The position numbers and the translations under genes are program-made. This document shows positions 9,467 through 18,535 of a DNA stretch of 64,000 nt, piece after piece. This DNA comes from Patescibacteria group bacterium (GTDB lineage Bacteria; Patescibacteriota; Microgenomatia; UBA8517), in assembly GCA_035692185.1 (NCBI GenBank), contig DASSIE010000023.1, positions 8,259-72,258 of the forward strand. Direction: 5' to 3'. The notes under the pieces are model-generated. The model was not told the DNA's origin, did not search any database, and saw only the letters and a program-made list of their open reading frames with translations. Every line of letters begins with the position of its first letter. Positions within the stretch are counted from its first letter, which is position 1.

Positions 9467-12397
9467 GTGCCTAAAGACTCTTCAGAAAAGAAATTAAACA
9501 AAGAACAAATTGACGCTATTAAATTTGGTGATGGGCCACTTTTAATTATTGCAGGTGCAGGAACCGGTAAGACAACTGTCATAACTGAACGGGTAAAACA
9601 TTTAATAATGACGGGCAAAGCAAAACCTGAGGAAATTTTAGCATTAACTTTTACAGAAAAGGGTGCCCGCGAGATGGAAGAAAGAATTGATGTAGCTATG
9701 CCATATGGTTACACGCAAATGTGGGTTATGACTTTCCACTCTTTTTGTGATCAAATACTACGCGACAACGCAATCCACATTGGTTTATCTCCAACTTATA
9801 AATTAATGACAACTGCACAAAGTATAGATTTAATTCGTAAGAATTTATTTGAATTAGATTTAGATTATTTTAGGCCACTGGGAAATCCTAACAAGTTCAT
9901 TGACGGATTACTTAATCATTTCTCAAGGCTCCAGGACGAGTGTGTTAGTCCAACTGAATATATTAGTTGGGTAAATTCGAAGCACAAATCTCGAAACCCG
10001 AAACAAACTATTGAAGAAAAATTGGAAATTCAAAAAGCTAAGGAATTGGCAAGTGCTCATAAAAAATATAATGAATTAAAAATTAAGGAAAATGTTATGG
10101 ACTTTGGAGATTTAATTACAAACACAATTAAGTTATTTAAGGAGAGACCAAATATCCTCAAAATTTACCAAGGAAAATTTAAATATGTTTTAATAGATGA
10201 GTTTCAGGACACAAACTTTGCTCAAAACCAATTGGCAATAATGCTAGCGGGTAAGAACCAAAACATTACAGTAGTGGGAGATGATGACCAGTCTATTTAT
10301 AGATTTCGTGGTGCGGCTATAAGCAACATTATTCAATTTAGAAAACATTTCCCAAAAACTAAAGTTGTAGTTCTTACAAAAAATTACAGAAGCACGCAAG
10401 AAATTTTGGACAGAAGTTATGATTTAATTCAACACAATAATCCAGATAGGTTGGAAGTGGTGGAAAAAATTAGCAAGAAACTTGTTGCAGAGACAAGAAA
10501 CAAAAAACAAAAAATAAAATTTATACACACAGAAACAGCGGGGGATGAAGCACGTGAGGTAATAAAGACAATAATTCAATTAGCCAGTAAAGACAAACAT
10601 GAATATAAAGATATAGCGATACTGGTCAGGGCGAATAACCACTCCGATCCATTTATAAGAGAGATGGAAAGACAAGGGATTCCAAATCAGTTTTTAGGTC
10701 CTTCTAATCTTTTTGAAAAAGAAGAAATAATGGATTTAATTAGTTATCTTAAGGTTTTATATAACCCGAATGACTCAGAATCTTTTTACAGACTTTTGTC
10801 GTCAGATATTTTTAACATTAGTCCGATTGATCTCATTAAAATTTCGAGTCATGCAAAAAAAACCAGTCTTTCAATTTTTGAGGTTGTTACAGAAAGCGAC
10901 CCTCCTTCGCATAAAGCTACGGAAGGGCAAGTGCAGATTAAGAAAATATTGGAATTAATTAATAAGCACTTGAAACTAATTAAAAAACAAACCGCCGGGG
11001 AGATTTTATATGACTATATTAATGAAGTTGGACTATTACAGAAGCTCGTAGAAAATTCGGAGGATATTAAAGCTAAAAATATTGCAAAGTTTTTTGAAAA
11101 GATTAAAGCCTACGAAGACTCCAATAAAAATGCAGGAGTAACTGCAGTCGTCGATTACATAGATCTATTAATAGAGGTTGGGGAGAGCCCAAATGTAACA
11201 GACGGGGACTGGCAAGAAAATAACGCGGTAAACATACTAACCGTTCATAGTTCTAAAGGCCTTGAGTTTCCAATTGTATTTTTGGCTAACTTGGTAGGGG
11301 AGCGGTTTCCGGGACGTGAACGCCACGAACAAATTCCAATTCCAGCAGAGTTAATAAAAGAAGTTCTACCAATGGGGGACTTTCATCTACAAGAAGAGCG
11401 AAGACTGTTCTACGTAGGGATGACCAGGGCAAAAGAAAAACTTTATTTCTCTGCTGCCGATTTCTATGGCGAGGCAAAAAGAAAGAAAAAGATCAGCCCA
11501 TTTGTATATGAAGCGTTAGGAGAAATATCGAATATCGAAACACGAAATCCGAAACAAATTCCAAACCTAAAAATCCAAAATCCGAAATTGGAAATTAATA
11601 AAGAAGAAAATAAAAAAATAAAAATTGATTATTTATCCGTCAGCCAAATTGAAACTTTTCAAACATGCCCATTGCACTACAAACTGAAATATATTTACAA
11701 ACTCCCAACCAAACCTTCTGCGTCATCCAGTTTTGGAATATCAATCCACGAGACCCTAAAAGAATTTTATCAAGAGATGTTATTGAGCCCCACTTCGCCA
11801 AAGGCTTCGAGGGGTTCTTCGGAAAGATTGATTGAAATTTATAAAAAATCTTTCCTTGAAGATGGGTATTTAAACAAAAAACACAAGCAGGAATTTTTCA
11901 AAAAAGGGGAGAGTTATCTATTAGGGTTTATTAAAAATGGTTACGATAAGCAGAGCTTGTCACTGCACGATAAAAAAATAAAAACTATTTTATTGGAAGA
12001 AAAATTTGTGATGCCGATTGATACAACATTAAAGATCGGCGGTACGATAGATCGCGTTGACGACCTGGGTAATGGAAAAATAGAAATTATTGATTACAAA
12101 ACAGGAGCTAATATTCCGACTCAAAAAGAAGTGGATAAAGATCTTCAGCTCTCGTTCTATGCATTAGCAATAAGTAACATTAAAAAAATAAAACCGGAAA
12201 ATATAAAGCTCTCACTTTATTATTTAGACAATCAAGAAAAAATTACGACGAACCGAACAACCAGTCAGTTAGAAAAAGTTAAGGAAGAAATTTTGGCAAT
12301 TCGAGAGGAAATAGAAAACAGCGACTTTAAGTGTAATAACAATTTCTTCTGCCAAGGGAAGTGTGAATATTCAATGTTTTGTAAAAGTGACTCATAA
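9467..12397 (+). CDS. UvrD/PcrA-family SF1 helicase fused to a C-terminal Cas4/AddB-like PD-(D/E)xK nuclease with a 4-Cys Fe-S cluster
   Basis: N-terminus GPLLIIAGAGTGKT (Walker A), DEFQDTN, VVGDDDQSIYRFRGA, YRSTQEIL. C-terminus TCPLHYKLKY ... IDRVDD ... EIIDYKTG (D-EIID-YK nuclease motif) ... CNNNFFCQGKCEYSMFC. The track start is GTG. Confidence 0.7.
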   Translation: MPKDSSEKKLNKEQIDAIKFGDGPLLIIAGAGTGKTTVITERVKHLIMTGKAKPEEILALTFTEKGAREMEERIDVAMPYGYTQMWVMTFHSFCDQILRDNAIHIGLSPTYKLMTTAQSIDLIRKNLFELDLDYFRPLGNPNKFIDGLLNHFSRLQDECVSPTEYISWVNSKHKSRNPKQTIEEKLEIQKAKELASAHKKYNELKIKENVMDFGDLITNTIKLFKERPNILKIYQGKFKYVLIDEFQDTNFAQNQLAIMLAGKNQNITVVGDDDQSIYRFRGAAISNIIQFRKHFPKTKVVVLTKNYRSTQEILDRSYDLIQHNNPDRLEVVEKISKKLVAETRNKKQKIKFIHTETAGDEAREVIKTIIQLASKDKHEYKDIAILVRANNHSDPFIREMERQGIPNQFLGPSNLFEKEEIMDLISYLKVLYNPNDSESFYRLLSSDIFNISPIDLIKISSHAKKTSLSIFEVVTESDPPSHKATEGQVQIKKILELINKHLKLIKKQTAGEILYDYINEVGLLQKLVENSEDIKAKNIAKFFEKIKAYEDSNKNAGVTAVVDYIDLLIEVGESPNVTDGDWQENNAVNILTVHSSKGLEFPIVFLANLVGERFPGRERHEQIPIPAELIKEVLPMGDFHLQEERRLFYVGMTRAKEKLYFSAADFYGEAKRKKKISPFVYEALGEISNIETRNPKQIPNLKIQNPKLEINKEENKKIKIDYLSVSQIETFQTCPLHYKLKYIYKLPTKPSASSSFGISIHETLKEFYQEMLLSPTSPKASRGSSERLIEIYKKSFLEDGYLNKKHKQEFFKKGESYLLGFIKNGYDKQSLSLHDKKIKTILLEEKFVMPIDTTLKIGGTIDRVDDLGNGKIEIIDYKTGANIPTQKEVDKDLQLSFYALAISNIKKIKPENIKLSLYYLDNQEKITTNRTTSQLEKVKEEILAIREEIENSDFKCNNNFFCQGKCEYSMFCKSDS

Positions 12398-12414
12398 CTA
12401 TTACAATAACTCCA

Positions 12415-12702
12415 ATGTCTGACATTCTTGATAATAATGAAACCAATTTCGACGGTATTGAGATAACACTTCAAAAGGACACTTTCGTTTTTAAGAAAAC
12501 AAAAGAAAATCTTGCTTTACGAGACGGTGTAATAGAAAAGGGAGAGACTATTATTGTCGGCGATTACACTGACATAGTCAGATTGTATTATGATCACGAT
12601 AAGCATGAATTTACTCCTTGGATGGATAACCCAGATGTAATTCATGGAGATGAAACCACAGTGAGATATATAAGGACTCAAGACCTTCCTCAGGATTTTT
12701 AA
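12415..12702 (+). CDS. Hypothetical protein
   Basis: 95 aa ORF with an ATG start and no recognisable motif. Confidence 0.25.
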   Translation: MSDILDNNETNFDGIEITLQKDTFVFKKTKENLALRDGVIEKGETIIVGDYTDIVRLYYDHDKHEFTPWMDNPDVIHGDETTVRYIRTQDLPQDF

Positions 12703-13577
12703 ACAGGTAGCCGGAATTTGGTATAACAGCCAGGGTACAGGATCTCAGTGCCCCCAAAAGAGCGCTTGAAGTGGGTGAAGCCGAGCCAGCTTTTGATGGG
12801 GAAGCGAGAGTCGTAGATTCCTTCGAAATCGAAAATCCTACAACTCTGCCTTTTGGCCCATAGTATTCCGTAATAGAGGAGAGTGTACTGGGATAGGGAA
12901 GTGCGACCTTCTGAATTTGTAAATCCGTACCAATAATAACTGATATAGTTTGATCCGCCGTGTAAAGATGTCGTGAAAAGCGCTCCACCTATAATTCTGC
13001 CAAATATATTGTGCGACGCAAGGAATATGGACTTATTACCTGGGAAACTTTTGCGTAGATTAATTAATTGCCCCTCCCCTGGCACATAACGCGAAAAGTT
13101 AACAGAATTTTTCCATGCATCTCGCCAGATTTTGATTTTATTTGGAGAAGAATATTCTTTTATGTTCTCGGCATTCATGATTTGACCACTTCCCTGCCGG
13201 ATTGCCCTTCTCGTATCTTTTTTAAAGTGGCTTAGTATTGTTTCCTTGCTTTGAGTAAGGTCAATCTGAAGAGTTATTGTGGGTAAATACGGGCTTTTTG
13301 AGAGATTGAATCCATGTGATAGCATTAATATATGATTCTTTTCGGTGATGGTACTGGAAGCTAAGTTAGGCTCGATAATAATCTGAAAAACGCGGTATTT
13401 TCGGGCTAATTTATCAATTACTCCGAAATCAATTGTATCTGATCTTTGAAGCTTCAAAATACTTCCAACGATCGGCAATTTTTTAATGAAGTAATTTGTA
13501 TTATCAACCCTTTCTACGATCCAGCCCTCTGATGACAGATAGTTAGCATATTGAATTGTTTGTCTGATATCTGTCAT
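12699..13577 (-). CDS. FemAB-family aminoacyl-tRNA-dependent peptidoglycan bridge peptidyltransferase paralog
   Basis: C-terminal GGSNYISYYWYG...YGILWAKRQSCRIFDFEGI matches the FemX/FemAB acyltransferase core. ATG start. Confidence 0.5.
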   Translation of the reverse strand: MTDIRQTIQYANYLSSEGWIVERVDNTNYFIKKLPIVGSILKLQRSDTIDFGVIDKLARKYRVFQIIIEPNLASSTITEKNHILMLSHGFNLSKSPYLPTITLQIDLTQSKETILSHFKKDTRRAIRQGSGQIMNAENIKEYSSPNKIKIWRDAWKNSVNFSRYVPGEGQLINLRKSFPGNKSIFLASHNIFGRIIGGALFTTSLHGGSNYISYYWYGFTNSEGRTSLSQYTLLYYGILWAKRQSCRIFDFEGIYDSRFPIKSWLGFTHFKRSFGGTEILYPGCYTKFRLPV

Positions 13578-13689
13578 AAATTCGAAATTACAAATAACAA
13601 ATTCGAAACAATACCAAAATTCTAATGTTTAAAATTTAAAACTTTTATATTTTGAATTTGTTTAGGATTTCGAGTTTGGTACTTCGAAT
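13578..13689 (+). repeat. MITE-like AT-rich intergenic repeat, copy 1 (TTCGAA-type ends)
   Basis: The 5' end AAATTCGAAATT...CGAAACAATA and internal TTGAATTTGTTTAGGATTT are shared with the copy at 51371. The 3' end TTCGAATTTAGA is the inverted complement of the 5' end. Confidence 0.45.
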
Positions 13690-14697
13690 TTAGAAACGAT
13701 GTTTAGATAATCCGAACCTTGCAACAATTTTTAAGGTTGGCCATCTTATCCATTCAAGAATTCTATAAACTACGTAAATTGGTTTATTAATTACCAAATC
13801 CCAAGTCCCCAAGAATTCAATTACTTTGGGACTGTAACCTTCTTTGAATTTTGTAAAACCCTTTCCGGTCTCTCTCCCCCACAGATCAAAGGTTTTGAGT
13901 CCCATTTTTTTGCCAAACTTAATTGCCTCCCACATCATTAAATTATTTGCCATGACATTTTTGTGCTCTTCCGTGGAGGCACCATACGGATAGTACAGGA
14001 AATCTTTCCATGCAAATAGTATCCAAGTGGTGATTACTTGCCCTTCCGAATCCTTTGGCGAAGGAGGGTTGAACCTTGCTACTAAAAGGTGTGCGATTCC
14101 GGCTTTTTTAAGAATCTCCCACATTAATTTATGGTATTTTCTGGTGTGAGCGTAAAAACCTTGACGATTTACGGTTTCGCTTGTTAACTCAAGATATTTG
14201 CTAAATGCCTTGTCGGAATTATCCTCTTTTATTTTTACCCCGTTTCTTTCTGCTACTCGAATGTTATAACGTGTTTTACTTGAAAAACTTTTAAGTAGAT
14301 TCTCCTCCGATAGGGTTAAATCAATCCAAAAAGTAGTTGGGGTAAAAAGCGTTTTACCCCCTGTTGCTCCATTTTGTTTTAGTAATTTTATTAGTTTGGA
14401 TTTAATTGGAAATTGGAAATTGGAAATTGGAAATTCCCAGCCAAAATTAGGTTCTAATTTGATGAAAACAAGGTTGTTCTTTTTACCAATAATTTTCAGT
14501 TCGTCTAACATTGGCTGGGTAGGGGTTGGGCCCTTTTCAAAGATACCAATTTTATATTTAGTTCCTGGAATTTTATGAGCAGTTATAATTCCGTATTTAG
14601 TCTCAATTACCTCGTTTCCCCACTCGCGCCTAAACTCAGCCCATGCCGAAGTTTGAAGTGGATGTGTAGCAATTTTATCTAAGTTGTTTATATTCAT
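13690..14697 (-). CDS. FemAB-family (FemX-like) peptidoglycan interpeptide bridge-forming enzyme
   Basis: MNINNLDKIATHPLQTSAWAEF...GIFEKGP resembles the FemX N-terminus. Choosing the internal ATG at 14697 gives a 335 aa product; the track start at 14766 is TTG. Confidence 0.6.
   Translation of the reverse strand: MNINNLDKIATHPLQTSAWAEFRREWGNEVIETKYGIITAHKIPGTKYKIGIFEKGPTPTQPMLDELKIIGKKNNLVFIKLEPNFGWEFPISNFQFPIKSKLIKLLKQNGATGGKTLFTPTTFWIDLTLSEENLLKSFSSKTRYNIRVAERNGVKIKEDNSDKAFSKYLELTSETVNRQGFYAHTRKYHKLMWEILKKAGIAHLLVARFNPPSPKDSEGQVITTWILFAWKDFLYYPYGASTEEHKNVMANNLMMWEAIKFGKKMGLKTFDLWGRETGKGFTKFKEGYSPKVIEFLGTWDLVINKPIYVVYRILEWIRWPTLKIVARFGLSKHRF
14404..14431 (+). repeat. Heptanucleotide tandem repeat (AATTGGA) x4 inside the FemX-like CDS
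   Basis: aattgga aattgga aattgga aattgga, followed by aatt. On the coding strand it encodes NFQFPISNFQFPI. Confidence 0.6.
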
Positions 14698-14753
14698 AAC
14701 CCAATTATACATTGAATTTGAGTATTTACGTTTTGGGCTGTAAAGTATGGCCA

Positions 14754-15605
14754 ATGGAAAGACCAATCACATTTACGACAGAAATGCTCCAATCTGCGGC
14801 CAAAGGAAAACTTCTAAAGTTCTGGAAACTGAACTCACCCGATAGGCCAAGAAAATTTCCATGGAAACCAGTAGAAATATTACCGCAAAAAGATCCTGAG
14901 CAAATGAGTAGAGTAATAGAAATTATCGGCCCGTCGGGTGCCGGCAAAACGGAAGCGGTTAACTTTTTGGGACATAAATTTAGTCAAAATTTGAATATTA
15001 TTATCGCTCCCGAACTTGTGGTATATGACGGGGAAGGAAATGTCGAAGATTGGGGAAAAGACCATAAACTAAAGGGCTTAATGTTGGGAGAGTTTGGAAT
15101 TAAACACCAAATGCTGATTTGGGACAATATTAAATTATTGTCTCATATGTACCATGTTGCAGAATTAATTAAAAACAGAATGCAAAAACGGTTAATTATT
15201 GAAAGAGGTGCTAATGACGCCATATCTACACAACCCTTCACTCAACCCGAGCATTATAGTATTCGGTATGATCCGATATACGAACGAGATTTTTTAACTC
15301 ACACGTTCCAGTCAATTGCTTTAGCTGAGGACGTAGACGCGGTTATTCTATTTGGAACCAATTGGAAGACAACCAGGAAAAGGAGAGTTGATAGCGGTGA
15401 AAAACCAGAAGGGAATTTGATTAATAGGAAAAATTGGCCGGAAATAATGTCCGGCTATGAATGGTGGTTGGGTTCATTTTACCCAATTTTCAGAAAGCGA
15501 AACGGTATGGGTTTACTGATAGTTGATGGTAGAGACGATCTAAACGCCAACAATCAAAAAATTCTGGAATACTGTCAAAAGGTTTTTGTAATGCAGGGCA
15601 GTTAA
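14754..15605 (+). CDS. P-loop deoxynucleoside/nucleotide kinase-like protein
   Basis: IIGPSGAGKTEAVNFL Walker A, IIERGANDAIS (ERS-like motif), TTRKRRVDSGE arginine-rich LID-like motif. The track start is TTG at 14712; an ATG lies at 14754. Confidence 0.4.
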   Translation: MERPITFTTEMLQSAAKGKLLKFWKLNSPDRPRKFPWKPVEILPQKDPEQMSRVIEIIGPSGAGKTEAVNFLGHKFSQNLNIIIAPELVVYDGEGNVEDWGKDHKLKGLMLGEFGIKHQMLIWDNIKLLSHMYHVAELIKNRMQKRLIIERGANDAISTQPFTQPEHYSIRYDPIYERDFLTHTFQSIALAEDVDAVILFGTNWKTTRKRRVDSGEKPEGNLINRKNWPEIMSGYEWWLGSFYPIFRKRNGMGLLIVDGRDDLNANNQKILEYCQKVFVMQGS

Positions 15606-17545
15606 TCCTTTTCCAAATACTTCTCTATTATATCGTCAAATGTACCGCCTATATCCTCTTTGGCTACCGAAAATGTTGACTCTCCGCCTATATTCTCTAA
15701 CAAATTCTCTGGAATGTCACTTAAAAATCTTGAAGGAGCATTACTTAACCTCTCCCCAAAATATAAACGGGAGTTAGCATAAGTTAAATATAATAATTCT
15801 TTAGCTCGAGTAATGCCAACATAAGCAAGTCTTCTTTCCTCTTCTAGTTGTGAACTGTCCATCAAACTTCTGGAATGTGGGAAGAGACCCTCCTCGAGTC
15901 CCACAATAAAGACGATTGGAAACTCAAGTCCTTTGGCAGAGTGGAGGGTCATGAGTGTTACGAGGTCTGATTCGCCACTCCCTTGTTTTCTCAATTTTCC
16001 TTTTGAATTTTGCTCAGCTTCAACAAGTGCAACATTTTCCAAAAATTCAGTAATGTCCGGGAATTCTGTGGCAACTGACCGCAACTCTTTAATATTTTCG
16101 AGTCTTGCTATGTTTTCTTCTGATTCTTTTGCAAAAAGCGATAGGTAGTCAGTTTTTTGCAAAACAACGTCTAAAATATCTAGAGTAGTTAAGCCGTCAA
16201 AATTTGGAACCCCGGCCCTAAATTCTTCTAATCTTTCAAACCTCCTTTGCCCAATTTTTTCAATTCTTTTTTTGGAAACTGAATCTTTTGGATTTGTTAA
16301 ATATCTGATGTAACTAATTACATCCTTAACTTCTTTTCTGTCGTAAAACCTTGTGCCACCAATTAATGTATATGGAATACCAGAATGAAGTAGAGCTTCT
16401 TCCAAGACGCGGGACTGGGCGTTGGTTCGGTAAAGTACAGCAATATCGCTGTAGCTGACAGTCGACAGGCTACCGACTACAGCTGTAGACCGTAGACTGT
16501 AGTCTGTAAGCCTTTTGATTTCATCAACAACAAAATCTCCCTCGTCGAAACCATTTTTGGCTGAATAGAGTTTAATTTTTGCGCCGGCCAATTTTTCCGT
16601 CCACAGTTTTAAAACCGGATGGCTAGTATTTTTGGAGATTACATCGTTTGCGGCATCCAAGATGTTTTTAGTTGAACGATAATTTTGTTCCAAATTAATT
16701 ACCTTTATGTCAGGGTAATCCCTTATTAAATAATTTATATTTTTGTAGTCTGCACCGCGCCAAGAATAAATAGACTGACTAGCATCCCCCACCGCAGTTA
16801 TGTTTCGGTTCTTTCCCACCAATAATTTTGTTAAAGAATACTGAATTTTGTTTGTATCCTGCCATTCGTCAACAAAAATATGAGTAAGGTTTCTTTGCCA
16901 TTTGGCTAACACCTCTGGCACTTCTTTAAAAAGTTTTACGGTTTTAATCATAAGGTCATCAAAGTCTAGTGCTCCGTTTTCCCTCAACTCCTTTTCGTAA
17001 GCCATATAAACTTTATATACAACCTCTTGCCAATCTCCTTTAACAAACTCCGAATATTGTTCGGGGGTAAACATCTGATTTTTTGCCTCACTAATACCAT
17101 TTAAAATAGAGGCTGGATTATACTGGTCGGTTGAAAGATTCATGCTATCTAATATTTGTTTAACTAAATCCTTTTGATCAGTGGCGTCATAAATAATGAA
17201 GTTAACAGGAATTCCAATATTGTGGCCTTCCATTCTTAGCACCTTTGCACAAAAAGAATGAAACGTTCCAGCCGTCGGTAAACCTTTGACGGGCAAGCCA
17301 GCCTCTTCCAATATTTTGCTCATTCGCGATTTCATTTCACTAGCTGCTTTATTTGTAAAAGTTAAAAGAAGAGCGTTTTCAGGACGGCACAATCCCTGGC
17401 CGATAAAATAAGCTACTCTGTGAGTTAATACTTTGGTTTTACCACTACCTGCACCGGCCAAAATCAAAAGTGGTCCCGAGGTGTAGGTTACAGCTTCTAG
17501 TTGGTCTTTATTTAAGGTTGCTAAAAGCTTGTCAGAGTTAGTCAT
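15602..17545 (-). CDS. pcrA: ATP-dependent DNA helicase PcrA/UvrD
   Basis: GPLLILAGAGSGKTKVLTHRVAYFI, DEWQDTN, YRSTKNIL, VLYRTNAQSRVLEEALL, GLEFPIVFIVGLEEGLFPH and RRLAYVGITRAKE motifs. Confidence 0.85.
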   Translation of the reverse strand: MTNSDKLLATLNKDQLEAVTYTSGPLLILAGAGSGKTKVLTHRVAYFIGQGLCRPENALLLTFTNKAASEMKSRMSKILEEAGLPVKGLPTAGTFHSFCAKVLRMEGHNIGIPVNFIIYDATDQKDLVKQILDSMNLSTDQYNPASILNGISEAKNQMFTPEQYSEFVKGDWQEVVYKVYMAYEKELRENGALDFDDLMIKTVKLFKEVPEVLAKWQRNLTHIFVDEWQDTNKIQYSLTKLLVGKNRNITAVGDASQSIYSWRGADYKNINYLIRDYPDIKVINLEQNYRSTKNILDAANDVISKNTSHPVLKLWTEKLAGAKIKLYSAKNGFDEGDFVVDEIKRLTDYSLRSTAVVGSLSTVSYSDIAVLYRTNAQSRVLEEALLHSGIPYTLIGGTRFYDRKEVKDVISYIRYLTNPKDSVSKKRIEKIGQRRFERLEEFRAGVPNFDGLTTLDILDVVLQKTDYLSLFAKESEENIARLENIKELRSVATEFPDITEFLENVALVEAEQNSKGKLRKQGSGESDLVTLMTLHSAKGLEFPIVFIVGLEEGLFPHSRSLMDSSQLEEERRLAYVGITRAKELLYLTYANSRLYFGERLSNAPSRFLSDIPENLLENIGGESTFSVAKEDIGGTFDDIIEKYLEKD

Positions 17546-17563
17546 TCCAAATACAATAGTAAC

Positions 17564-18532
17564 ATGACTCTTAAGAAAATTGGCTTGGTATTGGTAGGAA
17601 TAGTTATAGTATTTATCGCAATTTTATTTGTTTTTTTTAGGCCCCAAATAAGCCTTGCCAAAAATTTTACATTCCCAGACATTTCAAAGATAAGTAGCTT
17701 TGAGGGAAGAACAAACATTTTAATATTGGGTAAAGCTGGTAAGGATCATGCGGGTGGAGATTTAACCGATACCATGATATTGGTTTCTTTATCTATAAAT
17801 TCCCCAAATATTGCTATGGTTTCCCTCCCACGAGACCTTTGGATTGCCCAAATTCGAGCAAAAATTAATAGTTCGTATCATTATGGTGGACTTAGTCTTG
17901 CCAAATCAAATACAGAGCTAGTGTTAGGGATTCCTGTGCATTACGGACTTGTTTTAGATTTTTCAGGGTTTAAAGATATTGTGGATGTATTAGGTGGAAT
18001 CAGTGTTAATGTTGAAAATACTTTCACAGATAATTTGTATCCAATTGCAGGACGCGAAAATGATTTGTGCGACGGTGACATTTTATTTAAATGCCGCTAC
18101 GAAAGCATCACTTTTACGTCTGGTCTCCAGACAATGGACGGAGCGACTGCCTTAGAGTTTGTTCGTTCAAGACATGCGGAAGGCACTGAGGGAACAGATA
18201 TCGCCCGTGAAGCAAGGCAGCAAAAAATAATAGGGGCAATTGAAAATAAAATTATGGACCCCAAGGTTTTCTTAAATTTTAAAAAAGACCTTGCGGTGTG
18301 GAAAGTAGTTATGGCATCAATTGAAACCGATATAAGTAGCGATGGTGGAGCAATACTTGCAAGAAAAGTTTTTGATAGTATGAAGACGATTAATAAATAT
18401 TTAATTCCAGATGAGCTGTTAGTTAATCCAAAGCCTTTGGCGCTATATGACAAACAATATGTATTCATTCCCAAACTTGGAAATGGAAAGTGGAGCGATG
18501 TTCATAAGTGGGTGAATGAAATATTGAAGTAG
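17564..18532 (+). CDS. LytR-CpsA-Psr (LCP) family cell-wall glycopolymer ligase
   Basis: N-terminal TM, then NILILGKAGKDHAGGDLTDTMILVSL...MVSLPRDLW, which is the LCP core. Confidence 0.75.
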   Translation: MTLKKIGLVLVGIVIVFIAILFVFFRPQISLAKNFTFPDISKISSFEGRTNILILGKAGKDHAGGDLTDTMILVSLSINSPNIAMVSLPRDLWIAQIRAKINSSYHYGGLSLAKSNTELVLGIPVHYGLVLDFSGFKDIVDVLGGISVNVENTFTDNLYPIAGRENDLCDGDILFKCRYESITFTSGLQTMDGATALEFVRSRHAEGTEGTDIAREARQQKIIGAIENKIMDPKVFLNFKKDLAVWKVVMASIETDISSDGGAILARKVFDSMKTINKYLIPDELLVNPKPLALYDKQYVFIPKLGNGKWSDVHKWVNEILK

Positions 18533-18535
18533 ACC

